Source: a virus (lineage: Duplodnaviria > Caudoviricetes). Taken from it: a stretch of DNA of 47,738 nt. Shown piece by piece: positions 37,599 through 44,984 of the stretch. Under the pieces are notes generated by a model, which worked only from the letters and a program-made list of their open reading frames with translations, did not search any database and was not told the DNA's origin. The translations under genes and the position numbers were made by a program. The first letter of the stretch is position 1; every line of letters starts with the position of its first letter. Where the stretch lies: positions 1-47,738 of IMG/VR virus record IMGVR_UViG_3300023283_000032. One strand, written 5' to 3'.

Positions 37599-37723
37599 GC
37601 TCTCCCCATTCTATATCCGACAACTCGCGCGGGGTGATACGGCGCTCACACGTTGCATCCCCGTTCTCGCTATGTCCGTGTGGTTGGAACATCCGAACCC
37701 CCTGAGATTTCTCACTATCGGCA

Positions 37724-37779
37724 GGATTCAAAATCCCCCGCCGCAAGGCGTGCCGGTTCGAATCCGGCCTCGGGCACCA
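37724..37779 (+). other. attP core: 3' half of a tRNA-Leu(CAA) gene
   Basis: GGA-TTCAAAA-TCC anticodon arm, long variable arm, GTTCGAATCC T-arm, CACCA end; no 5' half; 65 bp from the integrase stop. Confidence 0.9.
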
Positions 37780-37844
37780 ATGACTTAGGCGGTGCCGGCC
37801 GGTACCGGCCGTGGCGCGCTCACACATGCGACTCACACACCCCA

Positions 37845-38885
37845 TCACGTTCTCCTCTGCTGTGCCGCGCGGGACAGGCGGCGGCGGGAGGCCTGCGCCC
37901 GGTAGTAGGCGACCATCTGCGCGCTCTGGCCCGTGACCGCCTGGATCTCCGCGTCGGTCGCGCCGGCCTCGGCGAGCTCCACAATCGCCAACTTGCGCAA
38001 CCCGTGCAGGACGTAGCTCTCCGCCCGGCTCCCGAGGCCCGCGCGCCACGTCCGAAACGCCCGCTCGACGGCATCGTAGCCCAGCGGCTCGCGCAGGGTC
38101 TTGGCGACGATGTGCGCGCCGCGCTTCGGCACGCCCGCGAGGAAGTCGCGGAGCGGCTGCGGGCAGTAGACGACGAGCTCCGCGTCGCCCTTCTCGTCCA
38201 CGACCGTCATCCACTCGCCGTCGATCTGATCCCACCGCATGGCGATGGCCGCGCCGGGCCGCTGGCCGCTGTAGCGGATCAGGTTGACCACGATCCGCAC
38301 CGTCTCCGGGGCGGTGTCGGCGGCCGTTACCATCCACTCGGGCCACGGCGCGAACGACCGAGCCGGCTTGTAGCTGCCCAGCCCCTTGGCCGGGTTTTCG
38401 CCCAGCGGCCAATCCAGCTCCGCGCTGGCGTAGCCCCACAGCAGCGAGACCGTCTGCGCATAGCGGGCGGCCTTGCGCGGCGTGTCCGCCATCGTGCCCA
38501 GCGCCGCGCGGACGGCTTGGCGCGTCGTGCGCCGCATGTCCTTGTCGCCGTTCTTTTCCAGGATCGCGTCCATCGGGCGGCGGTAGCTGCGCTTGGTGCT
38601 CTCCGCGAGCCCGCGCTGGACGTTCCGATCGGCTCGCCACGCGCGGATGCACTCGCCCCAGGTGTACGACGCCGGGCGGCGCTGGGCGTCGTGGTCGCCG
38701 CTCTGGGCGCGCCAGTAGAGCCGGTCGAGCTCCTGCGGGTCACCCTTCCAGTCGAGCTTGATCTCGCGCGCCCGGCGCCGTCCGCCTTCCGTCCACGTCA
38801 CCCGGTGGTAGGGCACCCACGCGCCGCGCACCCACCGCCATTGCAGGTGCGGCTTCCGGATGCGCGGTTTCGGGGGTCGTCTCAC
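37845..38885 (-). CDS. int: Tyrosine integrase
   Basis: SGQRPG (R), LHGLRK (HxxR), TGQ, MVAYY (Y). Confidence 0.95.
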   Translation of the reverse strand: MRRPPKPRIRKPHLQWRWVRGAWVPYHRVTWTEGGRRRAREIKLDWKGDPQELDRLYWRAQSGDHDAQRRPASYTWGECIRAWRADRNVQRGLAESTKRSYRRPMDAILEKNGDKDMRRTTRQAVRAALGTMADTPRKAARYAQTVSLLWGYASAELDWPLGENPAKGLGSYKPARSFAPWPEWMVTAADTAPETVRIVVNLIRYSGQRPGAAIAMRWDQIDGEWMTVVDEKGDAELVVYCPQPLRDFLAGVPKRGAHIVAKTLREPLGYDAVERAFRTWRAGLGSRAESYVLHGLRKLAIVELAEAGATDAEIQAVTGQSAQMVAYYRAQASRRRLSRAAQQRRT

Positions 38886-39088
38886 AGCTCGAACTCGTCG
38901 CGTGGCCTGGCGGCGTCGCCGCGCAGAATGGCGTCGAGCTCGTCGACGCGCCAGCGTTCATCCGGCCCGATCCGGGCCGGCGGCGGCAGCGCCCCCTCCG
39001 CGACCAGCCGCCGGAAGCGCTCGACCGACATGTCGAGCAGCTTCGCGGCGGTGCAGTCTCGCACGGCGAGAGGGCGCAGGGAGGTCAC
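38882..39088 (-). CDS. xis: Excisionase-like HTH protein
   Basis: AAKLLDMSVERFRRLVAEGALPPP...RWRVDELD; coupled to int. Confidence 0.8.
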   Translation of the reverse strand: MTSLRPLAVRDCTAAKLLDMSVERFRRLVAEGALPPPARIGPDERWRVDELDAILRGDAARPRDEFEL

Positions 39089-39360
39089 GGGAGATCAGGC
39101 TCCGGCGGCGGTAATGTGGCCAGCCACGCGTTCACCTCCGCTGCCGTAATCGTGCACCAGACTTGTCGTTCGCGCCGGGCGCGGGCCGCGTAGCGCTCCT
39201 CCAGATCACTGCACTGCGCGGCCTCGATGTCGGCGATCAGCTTGGCCTTGGTGCCGGGCGGGTCTCTCAATCCGTCGCCGCAGATTTCCCACCACCACTT
39301 CAGCAGCACGCTCTTACTCTCGCGGCGAAGCGCCGTGAAGGTGAGGGTCGCAGCGCGCAT
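39085..39360 (-). CDS. Hypothetical protein
   Basis: Coupled at both ends. Confidence 0.65.
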   Translation of the reverse strand: MRAATLTFTALRRESKSVLLKWWWEICGDGLRDPPGTKAKLIADIEAAQCSDLEERYAARARRERQVWCTITAAEVNAWLATLPPPEPDLP

Positions 39361-39920
39361 CAGCCGGTTTCCTCCTTCCGCAGGTCGGGCGCGCAGTCCG
39401 GAGTGCGGCTTTCCACCATCGCCGCGGCGCGGTGCACATCAAGATGCCCGAACGCATCGAACGCCCGCGCCAGCGCATCAGCCGCGCCGGCGGGGTCGCG
39501 CAGCACATCCTCGAATCGCAGGATCTTCACGTCGCCCCGGCGGCGGGCCATGGCGAGGCCTCTAGTCCGATCCGCCCGGACGGACGCCACCCAGGCCCGC
39601 CGTTCCCGCCGCGAGAAACCGGGGCCGTGCCCGCCGAGGGACAGCAGCTTGAGCTGGCTGCGCGCCTGCTGCTCGGGGTCGCGGTCCATCCAGACGATGG
39701 GGCCATGATGGACGGCCGGCACGAAGGTTGCAGTCGGGTCGGTCCACTTCAAAACGTGGCCCTCCCGCCGGTAAAGCCACTGCACGTCGGTGTAGGCCGG
39801 CCGCAGGTGACGGTCCTCGTAGGACGGCGGCGGGCCGGCGACAGGAACTCCGCCCGCGTCGAGCATCTGCATGACCATGGTGGTCCCGCAGCGCCCGAGT
39901 CCGGTGACGAAGCCGATCAT
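39360..39920 (-). CDS. Sulfotransferase-family protein
   Basis: 5'-PSB-like VTGLGRCGTT, 3'-PB-like MDRDPEQQARSQ, LRFEDVLRDP. Confidence 0.75.
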   Translation of the reverse strand: MIGFVTGLGRCGTTMVMQMLDAGGVPVAGPPPSYEDRHLRPAYTDVQWLYRREGHVLKWTDPTATFVPAVHHGPIVWMDRDPEQQARSQLKLLSLGGHGPGFSRRERRAWVASVRADRTRGLAMARRRGDVKILRFEDVLRDPAGAADALARAFDAFGHLDVHRAAAMVESRTPDCAPDLRKEETG

Positions 39921-40012
39921 CGCGCGCACTCCCGATAAGCCCTGCCCGAGTAGCGCGGCCAGTCGCGCGCCGCGCCGGCGGCGACCAGTGAGCACGCGAG
40001 GTCGTCGCTCAT
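39917..40012 (-). CDS. 31-aa ORF resembling a thermonuclease C-terminal fragment
   Basis: ATGA coupling at both ends; DLACSLVAAGAARDWPRYS. Confidence 0.45.
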   Translation of the reverse strand: MSDDLACSLVAAGAARDWPRYSGRAYRECAR

Positions 40013-40167
40013 TCCTCCTCAACCTCCGTGACTTCGGCTTCAATCACGCCGTCCCATTTCTCGACCATCTCCTGGCACCGCTCCTCGGCGTGAGCCTCGT
40101 CACGGGCTTTCCAGCCCGTGAACTTGTGCTCCATGGTGAAGCGGACGGTAACGGTGAACTCAGGCAT
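40009..40167 (-). CDS. Small hypothetical protein
   Basis: RBS AAGGAGG. Confidence 0.65.
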   Translation of the reverse strand: MPEFTVTVRFTMEHKFTGWKARDEAHAEERCQEMVEKWDGVIEAEVTEVEEE

Positions 40168-40495
40168 CGCCCGTCGCCTCCTTGGTCTGATGGAACTGCG
40201 TGAACTTCGCGGCCGGCGGCTTGGGCGGCTCGGGATAGACCACGCCTTCCTGCGGGCCAAACACGAACACCGTCCGCTGCGTCGCCTGCGCGCGTTCGGC
40301 GGCGTAGGCGTCCCGTTCTTTCGCGCTGCGGAACCACTTCACGGTGCGCACCTTCGTCGTCTGGTCAACCGCGATGTAGTGCGGCTGGTCCGGCTCCATC
40401 GGTGGCAGGTCGGGCGTTTCGGTGCTCGGCTTGCGGCCCGGGCGCGCTTTCGCCTTCGCCGGCTCTTCGGTCGCTGTCGTTTCGTCTTTAGCCAT
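40160..40495 (-). CDS. Hypothetical protein
   Basis: RBS AAGGAG. Confidence 0.7.
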   Translation of the reverse strand: MAKDETTATEEPAKAKARPGRKPSTETPDLPPMEPDQPHYIAVDQTTKVRTVKWFRSAKERDAYAAERAQATQRTVFVFGPQEGVVYPEPPKPPAAKFTQFHQTKEATGDA

Positions 40496-40527
40496 GGGGA
40501 TCTCCTTTCTGGCTTTGGTGGTGGTCG

Positions 40528-41487
40528 TCAGCCGTTCGTCTTGAACAGGCCCTTCTCGGCGATCTCGCGCTCGGCGGACGCCTCGTCGTCTTGGGCGGCG
40601 GCTTCGGCCGCCTCGCGGGCGCGCGCCTCGGCCTCGGCCATTTCCTCGGCCGTGGGCGGCTGCCAGTCGTCGTCGCCCTGCGGCTGGCCTTCGTGGATCT
40701 CGTCGCGCTCTGGCCCAGGCGCCTGTGCGGGCGTGGCCTGCTTGTAGACCACGCCGCCGCGGCGGGGGGCTTTGTGCTCCGCCGGCGGGTTGCGCTCGAT
40801 GAGCTGCGTCTCCGCGGCTTCCTGATCCTCGCGGTAGATCACCTCTAGGTCGGTGCTCATTGGCAACCGCTTGGACAAGCGCCGGATGACGGTCTTGCGC
40901 GCCATCTCGCCATACCACTGCGACCACGGCCCGGAGTTGCCTGAGCGACCCACCTTGCGGACGCGCTCGATATCCTCGACGGTCATCACCTCTCGAACTC
41001 GAAAGCCGTCACGAAGCTCGGCGATCGCGTAGGCGGCGACGATCTTGCCGCGATCCGTCATCGCTGGCTTGTGGTAGATCTTCTCGTCGTCGCCGAGCAT
41101 GTAGTCAAACTCGTCGTTCTCGTGGACGACGTGCGCGGACAGCGACTTGATCTCGCCGGACTGGCGCACCTTCTTGAGAATGCCGGCGACCATCGGCATC
41201 CACTGCGCCTTGCCCTTGAAGGTCACGATGGCGCCCTCGCGGCCGTCCGGCATTAAGCCATCGGTCGCGGCATCAAGGCACGCGCCGAACAGCGACCGGC
41301 GCTCCGCGTTCAGCAGGTCAGGGTTGCGCTGGATCGCCGTGAGCGTGGTCCGCTCGAACTTCTCGGACGTGACGTGCTCCGGCAGTACCTTCTGGATCTC
41401 GGGCCGCATCCGCTCCAACCCGTGCCGAATTTCGGCGACAGGACTGGCGGCTCGGCCGTTGGTGGTCGTGCCGGCGTTCTCGGTCAT
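40528..41487 (-). CDS. recT: RecT single-strand annealing protein
   Basis: GLMPDGREG, VHENDEF, EMARKTVIRRLSKRLP. Confidence 0.95.
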   Translation of the reverse strand: MTENAGTTTNGRAASPVAEIRHGLERMRPEIQKVLPEHVTSEKFERTTLTAIQRNPDLLNAERRSLFGACLDAATDGLMPDGREGAIVTFKGKAQWMPMVAGILKKVRQSGEIKSLSAHVVHENDEFDYMLGDDEKIYHKPAMTDRGKIVAAYAIAELRDGFRVREVMTVEDIERVRKVGRSGNSGPWSQWYGEMARKTVIRRLSKRLPMSTDLEVIYREDQEAAETQLIERNPPAEHKAPRRGGVVYKQATPAQAPGPERDEIHEGQPQGDDDWQPPTAEEMAEAEARAREAAEAAAQDDEASAEREIAEKGLFKTNG

Positions 41488-42419
41488 ACATCCTCCATCG
41501 GGGCTTGCGCCTCGTAGGCCGCGCGCAGGGCGGCGGCGCTGGGCTTATCGTCGGTGTCGGGGGTCAGCTCGCGCGCCTCCCACTTGGCGCGGTGCCACGT
41601 GGGTGCGCCAATAACGGCCACGCCGGCCGGGTAGCCGGGCCATTCGCCGGTGGCGAGGCAGCGCTTCCAGATGCGCCGCGCTTCGGCCGCCTTGGACCGC
41701 GCGTCGAGCATCCAGTCGGCGGGATCGTCCGGGTCATCGTATAGCTCCACGACGCTGCACCCGTGCGGCGGCTCCTTCTCCACGCACACGAACCGGAACG
41801 CGCGGCGCTCGCCCGTCGCGGCTTCCCAAGCATCTAGGTAGTGGGCGGCCTGCACGTCGTAGCCGTAGTTCGCCACGGCGCGCACGCACGCCTCCGGCGA
41901 GGCGTCGGTCGTCGTCTTGAGGTCGTAGATGACAGGCGCATCGGCCGGCGCGTTGTCGATCATGGCCCGGATCCACACGCCGTCGCACTGGCCGATGGCA
42001 ACGCGCTCGCTGTGTTGCGGCTCCAACGCGAGGCCGCACGCTTCTAGGTGCGCCTCGACGGCCGCGGCCATGTTGTAGATCGCCTCTTCCGTCTCCGCCT
42101 TGATCGGCGTGACGCCTGCGGCGCGCTGCTCAGCCTCCCACGCCTTCGCAGCCTTCGTGGAGACGGCGCCGTTGGATGACAAAACATCGGGCGGGTAGAC
42201 GGCGAAGGGCTGCCCCTTGCCCAACACGACGCGATGCGCGGCGCGGCCCACGTCGAACGTGGATTTCTCGACCGGGTTATCGATCCAGTGACGCGCGTGC
42301 ATCGGCGTGTGTTGCAGCAACCAACGGCCGACCGTTGAGGACAGGGACCGCTCGGCCACCGGGTCGGCGTGGTATTCCTCGGGGCTCATGTCGTAGACGC
42401 CCGGCTCGGTGATGCTCAT
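41484..42419 (-). CDS. RecE/exonuclease VIII-like PD-(D/E)XK nuclease
   Basis: YHAD, GRAAH, DLKTT, YGYDVQAAHY, VEKEPP. Confidence 0.9.
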   Translation of the reverse strand: MSITEPGVYDMSPEEYHADPVAERSLSSTVGRWLLQHTPMHARHWIDNPVEKSTFDVGRAAHRVVLGKGQPFAVYPPDVLSSNGAVSTKAAKAWEAEQRAAGVTPIKAETEEAIYNMAAAVEAHLEACGLALEPQHSERVAIGQCDGVWIRAMIDNAPADAPVIYDLKTTTDASPEACVRAVANYGYDVQAAHYLDAWEAATGERRAFRFVCVEKEPPHGCSVVELYDDPDDPADWMLDARSKAAEARRIWKRCLATGEWPGYPAGVAVIGAPTWHRAKWEARELTPDTDDKPSAAALRAAYEAQAPMEDV

Positions 42420-42487
42420 TTCCCGCGGCTCCTGTCCCGCTCGCCGAGCAGGTCCGCAATCTCGTAGCAGTGGCGAGGGTGGGTCAC
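42416..42487 (-). CDS. 23-aa ORF
   Basis: RBS GGAGG; GTGA and ATGA coupling at the two ends. Confidence 0.4.
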   Translation of the reverse strand: MTHPRHCYEIADLLGERDRSRGK

Positions 42488-42675
42488 TGAATCCTCCTGG
42501 TTTCGTGCTGGTCGTGACATTCAGCGGCAACGCGCCGCCACATTCTGGCGTGGGCCTCGCTGGGAGATCGCGCCGCCAGCCATTCCGCAGCGGCGAACCG
42601 GGCGGCAGGAGTGCTACTGGCGCCGGTAACGATCCCGCTTAGGTAGTGGACGCCGTCAGTCTCAGGGAGTTGCAT
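42484..42675 (-). CDS. Hypothetical protein
   Basis: RBS GGGGAG. Confidence 0.55.
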   Translation of the reverse strand: MQLPETDGVHYLSGIVTGASSTPAARFAAAEWLAARSPSEAHARMWRRVAAECHDQHETRRIQ

Positions 42676-43408
42676 TGGGACTCCCCATAGAAAACGCACG
42701 TTCAACGCGCTGAGAAAATTCTTGTCTCGCAGATCTCCCCGCGGCGGACCACGCGGCGGCCCCCGCGGCGGCCCCCGCGGCGGACCACGCGGCGGCCCTC
42801 GCGGCGGCCCCCGCGGCGGACCACGCGGCGGCCCTCGCGGCGGCCCTCGCGGCGGACCACGCGGCGGACCACGCGGCAGCCTCCGCGGCAGCCTCCGCGG
42901 CGGCCCTCGCGGCGGACCACGCGGCGGACCACGCGGCAGCCTCCGCGGCAGCCTCCGCGGCGGACCACGCGGCAGCCTCCGCGGCAGCCTCCGCGGCAGC
43001 CTCCGTGGCGCTCCACGCAGCGGCCGCCGCGGAGGCCCGCTTTTTCGGTTCGAGATCGATCAGATACTCGCGCACGATATCGGGCGCGTCCCACAAGTGA
43101 GCGACCGACAGAGCCTTATCGGCGGCGAAGCGCCGGCACAGCGCATCGGCGTCAATGGTCGCGAGGATCGTGCGTTCGCGGCTGACGTGCCTGTCGGGGC
43201 GGCTTTCGACGGGCTCGCTACACGAGACGCGGTGCAGCTGTGGGCCCGGGGCGTATATGAGTGCGTCAAAGGGGTGTTCGCTCCAGTGGAAACCGGAGCG
43301 GAACATCTCAATGTCGCCCTTGAAGGTCAGGGTCTCGCCGATAGCCGGGATGGGCGAGCCATCGTGCAGGGTGTCGCCCGTGAAGTGGTAGCCGATGTAT
43401 TCGCCCAT
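42662..43408 (-). CDS. Phage protein with globular N-domain and Ala/Trp tetrapeptide repeats
   Basis: GFHWSEHPFDALIYAPG N-domain; AAWS/AAAE/AARA/AAGA repeats; RBS GGAG before ATG 43408 (43420 also possible). Confidence 0.8.
   Translation of the reverse strand: MGEYIGYHFTGDTLHDGSPIPAIGETLTFKGDIEMFRSGFHWSEHPFDALIYAPGPQLHRVSCSEPVESRPDRHVSRERTILATIDADALCRRFAADKALSVAHLWDAPDIVREYLIDLEPKKRASAAAAAWSATEAAAEAAAEAAAWSAAEAAAEAAAWSAAWSAARAAAEAAAEAAAWSAAWSAARAAARAAAWSAAGAAARAAAWSAAGAAAGAAAWSAAGRSARQEFSQRVERAFSMGSPNATP
42741..43032. repeat. Degenerate 12-bp tandem array (~24 units)
   Basis: Units such as GCGGCGGACCAC, GCGGCAGCCTCC, GCGGCGGCCCTC. Confidence 0.9.
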
Positions 43409-43423
43409 TTCAGTCTCCATCCT

Positions 43424-43529
43424 TGAAAAGGCCGGGGGCAGCGAAGGAGGCCACCGCCCCCGGCCAGTTGCCCGCCCTCACCCGAAACAAAGGGTCGCGC
43501 ACCGGGAGGATTGGCGCGCGCGGGCGGGG
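43424..43529 (-). ncRNA. Candidate structured RNA with anti-SD loops, ending in a terminator hairpin
   Basis: Hairpin loops AAUCCUCCC and GCCUCCUU; final 14-bp stem followed by UUUU. Confidence 0.55.
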
Positions 43530-43530
43530 T

Positions 43531-43869
43531 TTAGTAGTGCGGCACATCCTCGTTCACGATCTTGGTCAGGCACTCGTGCGCCCAGTCTGCGGCGTTCCAA
43601 GCATCCTCGCGGTCCTGCTCCGTATCGTTCGGATTACAGGCGAACTCGTCCATCTGCCGAAGAGCCGTGACCAGGTTGCCGAGGTTACTGTCGCCTTCGG
43701 TCTCTTCCAGCAGGCGGAGCAGCAGGCGGACCTTCACTTCACGGCGATACCATCCGTGGCTGTCGAGCTTGCGTGTCTCAGCGTTGAGGAACTGGTGAGC
43801 CGCGTCGAGAGCGGCGCTGAACTTGTCCACGCGCTCGGCGCGAGCGTCGGCAGGGGTTTGAAGGTTCAT
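43531..43869 (-). CDS. First gene of the left early operon, hypothetical
   Basis: RBS AGGGAG, directly after pL. Confidence 0.75.
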   Translation of the reverse strand: MNLQTPADARAERVDKFSAALDAAHQFLNAETRKLDSHGWYRREVKVRLLLRLLEETEGDSNLGNLVTALRQMDEFACNPNDTEQDREDAWNAADWAHECLTKIVNEDVPHY

Positions 43870-43913
43870 CCGTGTCTCCCTTGCTGGCCCTGGGGCCGGT
43901 GCGTCTGAGGAAG

Positions 43914-43997
43914 ACTATGCCGACAATTTGTCGGCGGCGCAAGGGGTATCCGACAAATTGTTGGATTAACCACGCTCGCCAGCCGACATGCAGTCGG
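43914..43997 (-). promoter_or_regulatory. pL (TTGCGC-N17-CATAGT) with three CCGACA-N3-TGTCGG-type operators
   Basis: Palindromes at 43920-43934 (perfect), 43950-43964 and 43983-43997 (one mismatch each). Confidence 0.8.
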
Positions 43998-44005
43998 TTA
44001 GATTT

Positions 44006-44044
44006 GTGCCAAACTGGCACCGCCTACTGCGAGGCACAGATAAT
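44006..44044 (+). promoter_or_regulatory. Putative promoter of the 57-aa ORF with palindrome GTGCCA-AAC-TGGCAC
   Basis: -10 GATAAT at 44039-44044; perfect palindrome 44006-44020. Confidence 0.5.
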
Positions 44045-44055
44045 GCGAGGTGACC

Positions 44056-44229
44056 ATGAGCATTGCAGACGAGCGCTTAGACGACATGATCCGCATCGCC
44101 GAGGCGACGGGCTACAGCCTGGATGATGTCCTGAAGGCTATCGGCAGAGCCGATCAGACGATCTTCGAGGCGGTTTCCGCCAACCCGTCTCTCCTGCCCC
44201 GATATATCCAGTCAAGGGACAGGCCGTAA
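44056..44229 (+). CDS. 57-aa putative antirepressor (repressor mimic), overlapping the repressor 3' end antisense
   Basis: RBS GAGGTG; MSIADERLDDMIRIAEATGYSLDDVLKAIG...; function is inferred. Confidence 0.6.
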   Translation: MSIADERLDDMIRIAEATGYSLDDVLKAIGRADQTIFEAVSANPSLLPRYIQSRDRP

Positions 44230-44408
44230 GCGTCGCAAAGCTGCTCCGCAGCTTCAACGGTGATTCGCCGCGCGCCACGCTCCCAACTGCCATATTGGTC
44301 TTCGTTGAAGCCGTGGCGTGCGGCGAACTCTGCCTGCGTCAGGTCTGGCGCAAAGGCAAGCCGGACCGAACGCACCCGCGCGCCTATGTCCGCCAACCTC
44401 TTGCTCAT
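44154..44408 (-). CDS. Immunity repressor, XRE HTH only (no S24 peptidase domain)
   Basis: LTQAEFAARHG...YGSWERG.R...LCDAYGLSLDWIYRG; divergent from cro. Confidence 0.85.
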   Translation of the reverse strand: MSKRLADIGARVRSVRLAFAPDLTQAEFAARHGFNEDQYGSWERGARRITVEAAEQLCDAYGLSLDWIYRGRRDGLAETASKIV

Positions 44409-44434
44409 CTCAACCCCACCCTAGCTCTACGTGA

Positions 44435-44508
44435 ATTCTGACGGCCTCGCGCTAGAGGGCCAAGCGCCAAGTTGGCGGCTTGACCTGCCCGACATATTGT
44501 CGGATAGT
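44435..44508. promoter_or_regulatory. Divergent pRM (TTGGCC-N17-CAGAAT, minus) and pR (TTGACC-N17-GATAGT, plus) with operators
   Basis: CCGACATATTGTCGG at 44489-44503 in the pR spacer; CGCCAA-G-TTGGCG at 44465-44477. Confidence 0.75.
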
Positions 44509-44514
44509 CGGGCC

Positions 44515-44745
44515 ATGAACAAAGCTCGCCACATAGCTGACGCGCTCGGGCGCAACGCCATAGCCGACACGCTGAATGTCAGCCCCGATGCCGTGAGCAT
44601 AAGTGTCCGCCGAACGAAGTTCCCGGCGAGCTGGTATCCGGCCATCAGGGATATGTGCAGCGCGAACGGGGCTGAGTGTCCCGAAGACGCCTTCAACTGG
44701 AAAGTCCCTCCGCAACCCGCCTCCGACCACGAGGCCACGCGATGA
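44515..44745 (+). CDS. Cro-like protein
   Basis: IADALGRNAIADTLNVSPDAVS...FPASWY; divergent from the repressor. Confidence 0.8.
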   Translation: MNKARHIADALGRNAIADTLNVSPDAVSISVRRTKFPASWYPAIRDMCSANGAECPEDAFNWKVPPQPASDHEATR

Positions 44746-44984
44746 CTGCCCGGATGCCTCTCGCAGGTCTGCCGCCCGCTGCGTCGCAGGCTGCCAAGAC
44801 CGCCGCCGGTGCGCGAGTCACGGAAACCCGACCCGCCGCCGCGCTGCTCTCCGACCTCGACCGCTGCGACAGCCACGCGGCTCTGCTTGCGCTCAAGGCC
44901 CGGCTGTCGCTCGCCGGCGTGCATTTGAGCCGGGCGGAGGAGGCAGCGCTGCGCGCGGCGGAGCTCAGGATGGAGGGCGCCTGA
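44742..44984 (+). CDS. Hypothetical protein
   Basis: ATGA and TGATG coupling. Confidence 0.6.
   Translation: MTARMPLAGLPPAASQAAKTAAGARVTETRPAAALLSDLDRCDSHAALLALKARLSLAGVHLSRAEEAALRAAELRMEGA

Noticed and set aside
37617-37631. Fifth repressor operator before the post-attP genes
   Set aside because: Only the CCGACA half-site matches
37686-37698. Alphaproteobacterial LexA box
   Set aside because: GAAC-N4-GAAC, not N7
37690-37779. Functional tRNA gene
   Set aside because: No D-arm or 5' acceptor strand upstream; only the att-type 3' half is present
42741-43032. CRISPR array, or a plus-strand RGGP-repeat protein (42722..43426)
   Set aside because: No unique spacers or cas genes; the repeat is in-frame in a minus-strand gene and the plus ORF is its shadow
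43966-43973. CtrA binding site
   Set aside because: Single imperfect half-site (TTAACCAC), no TTAA-N7-TTAA
44015-44030. Sigma54 promoter TGGCAC...TGC
   Set aside because: GG to GC spacing is 11, not the required 10
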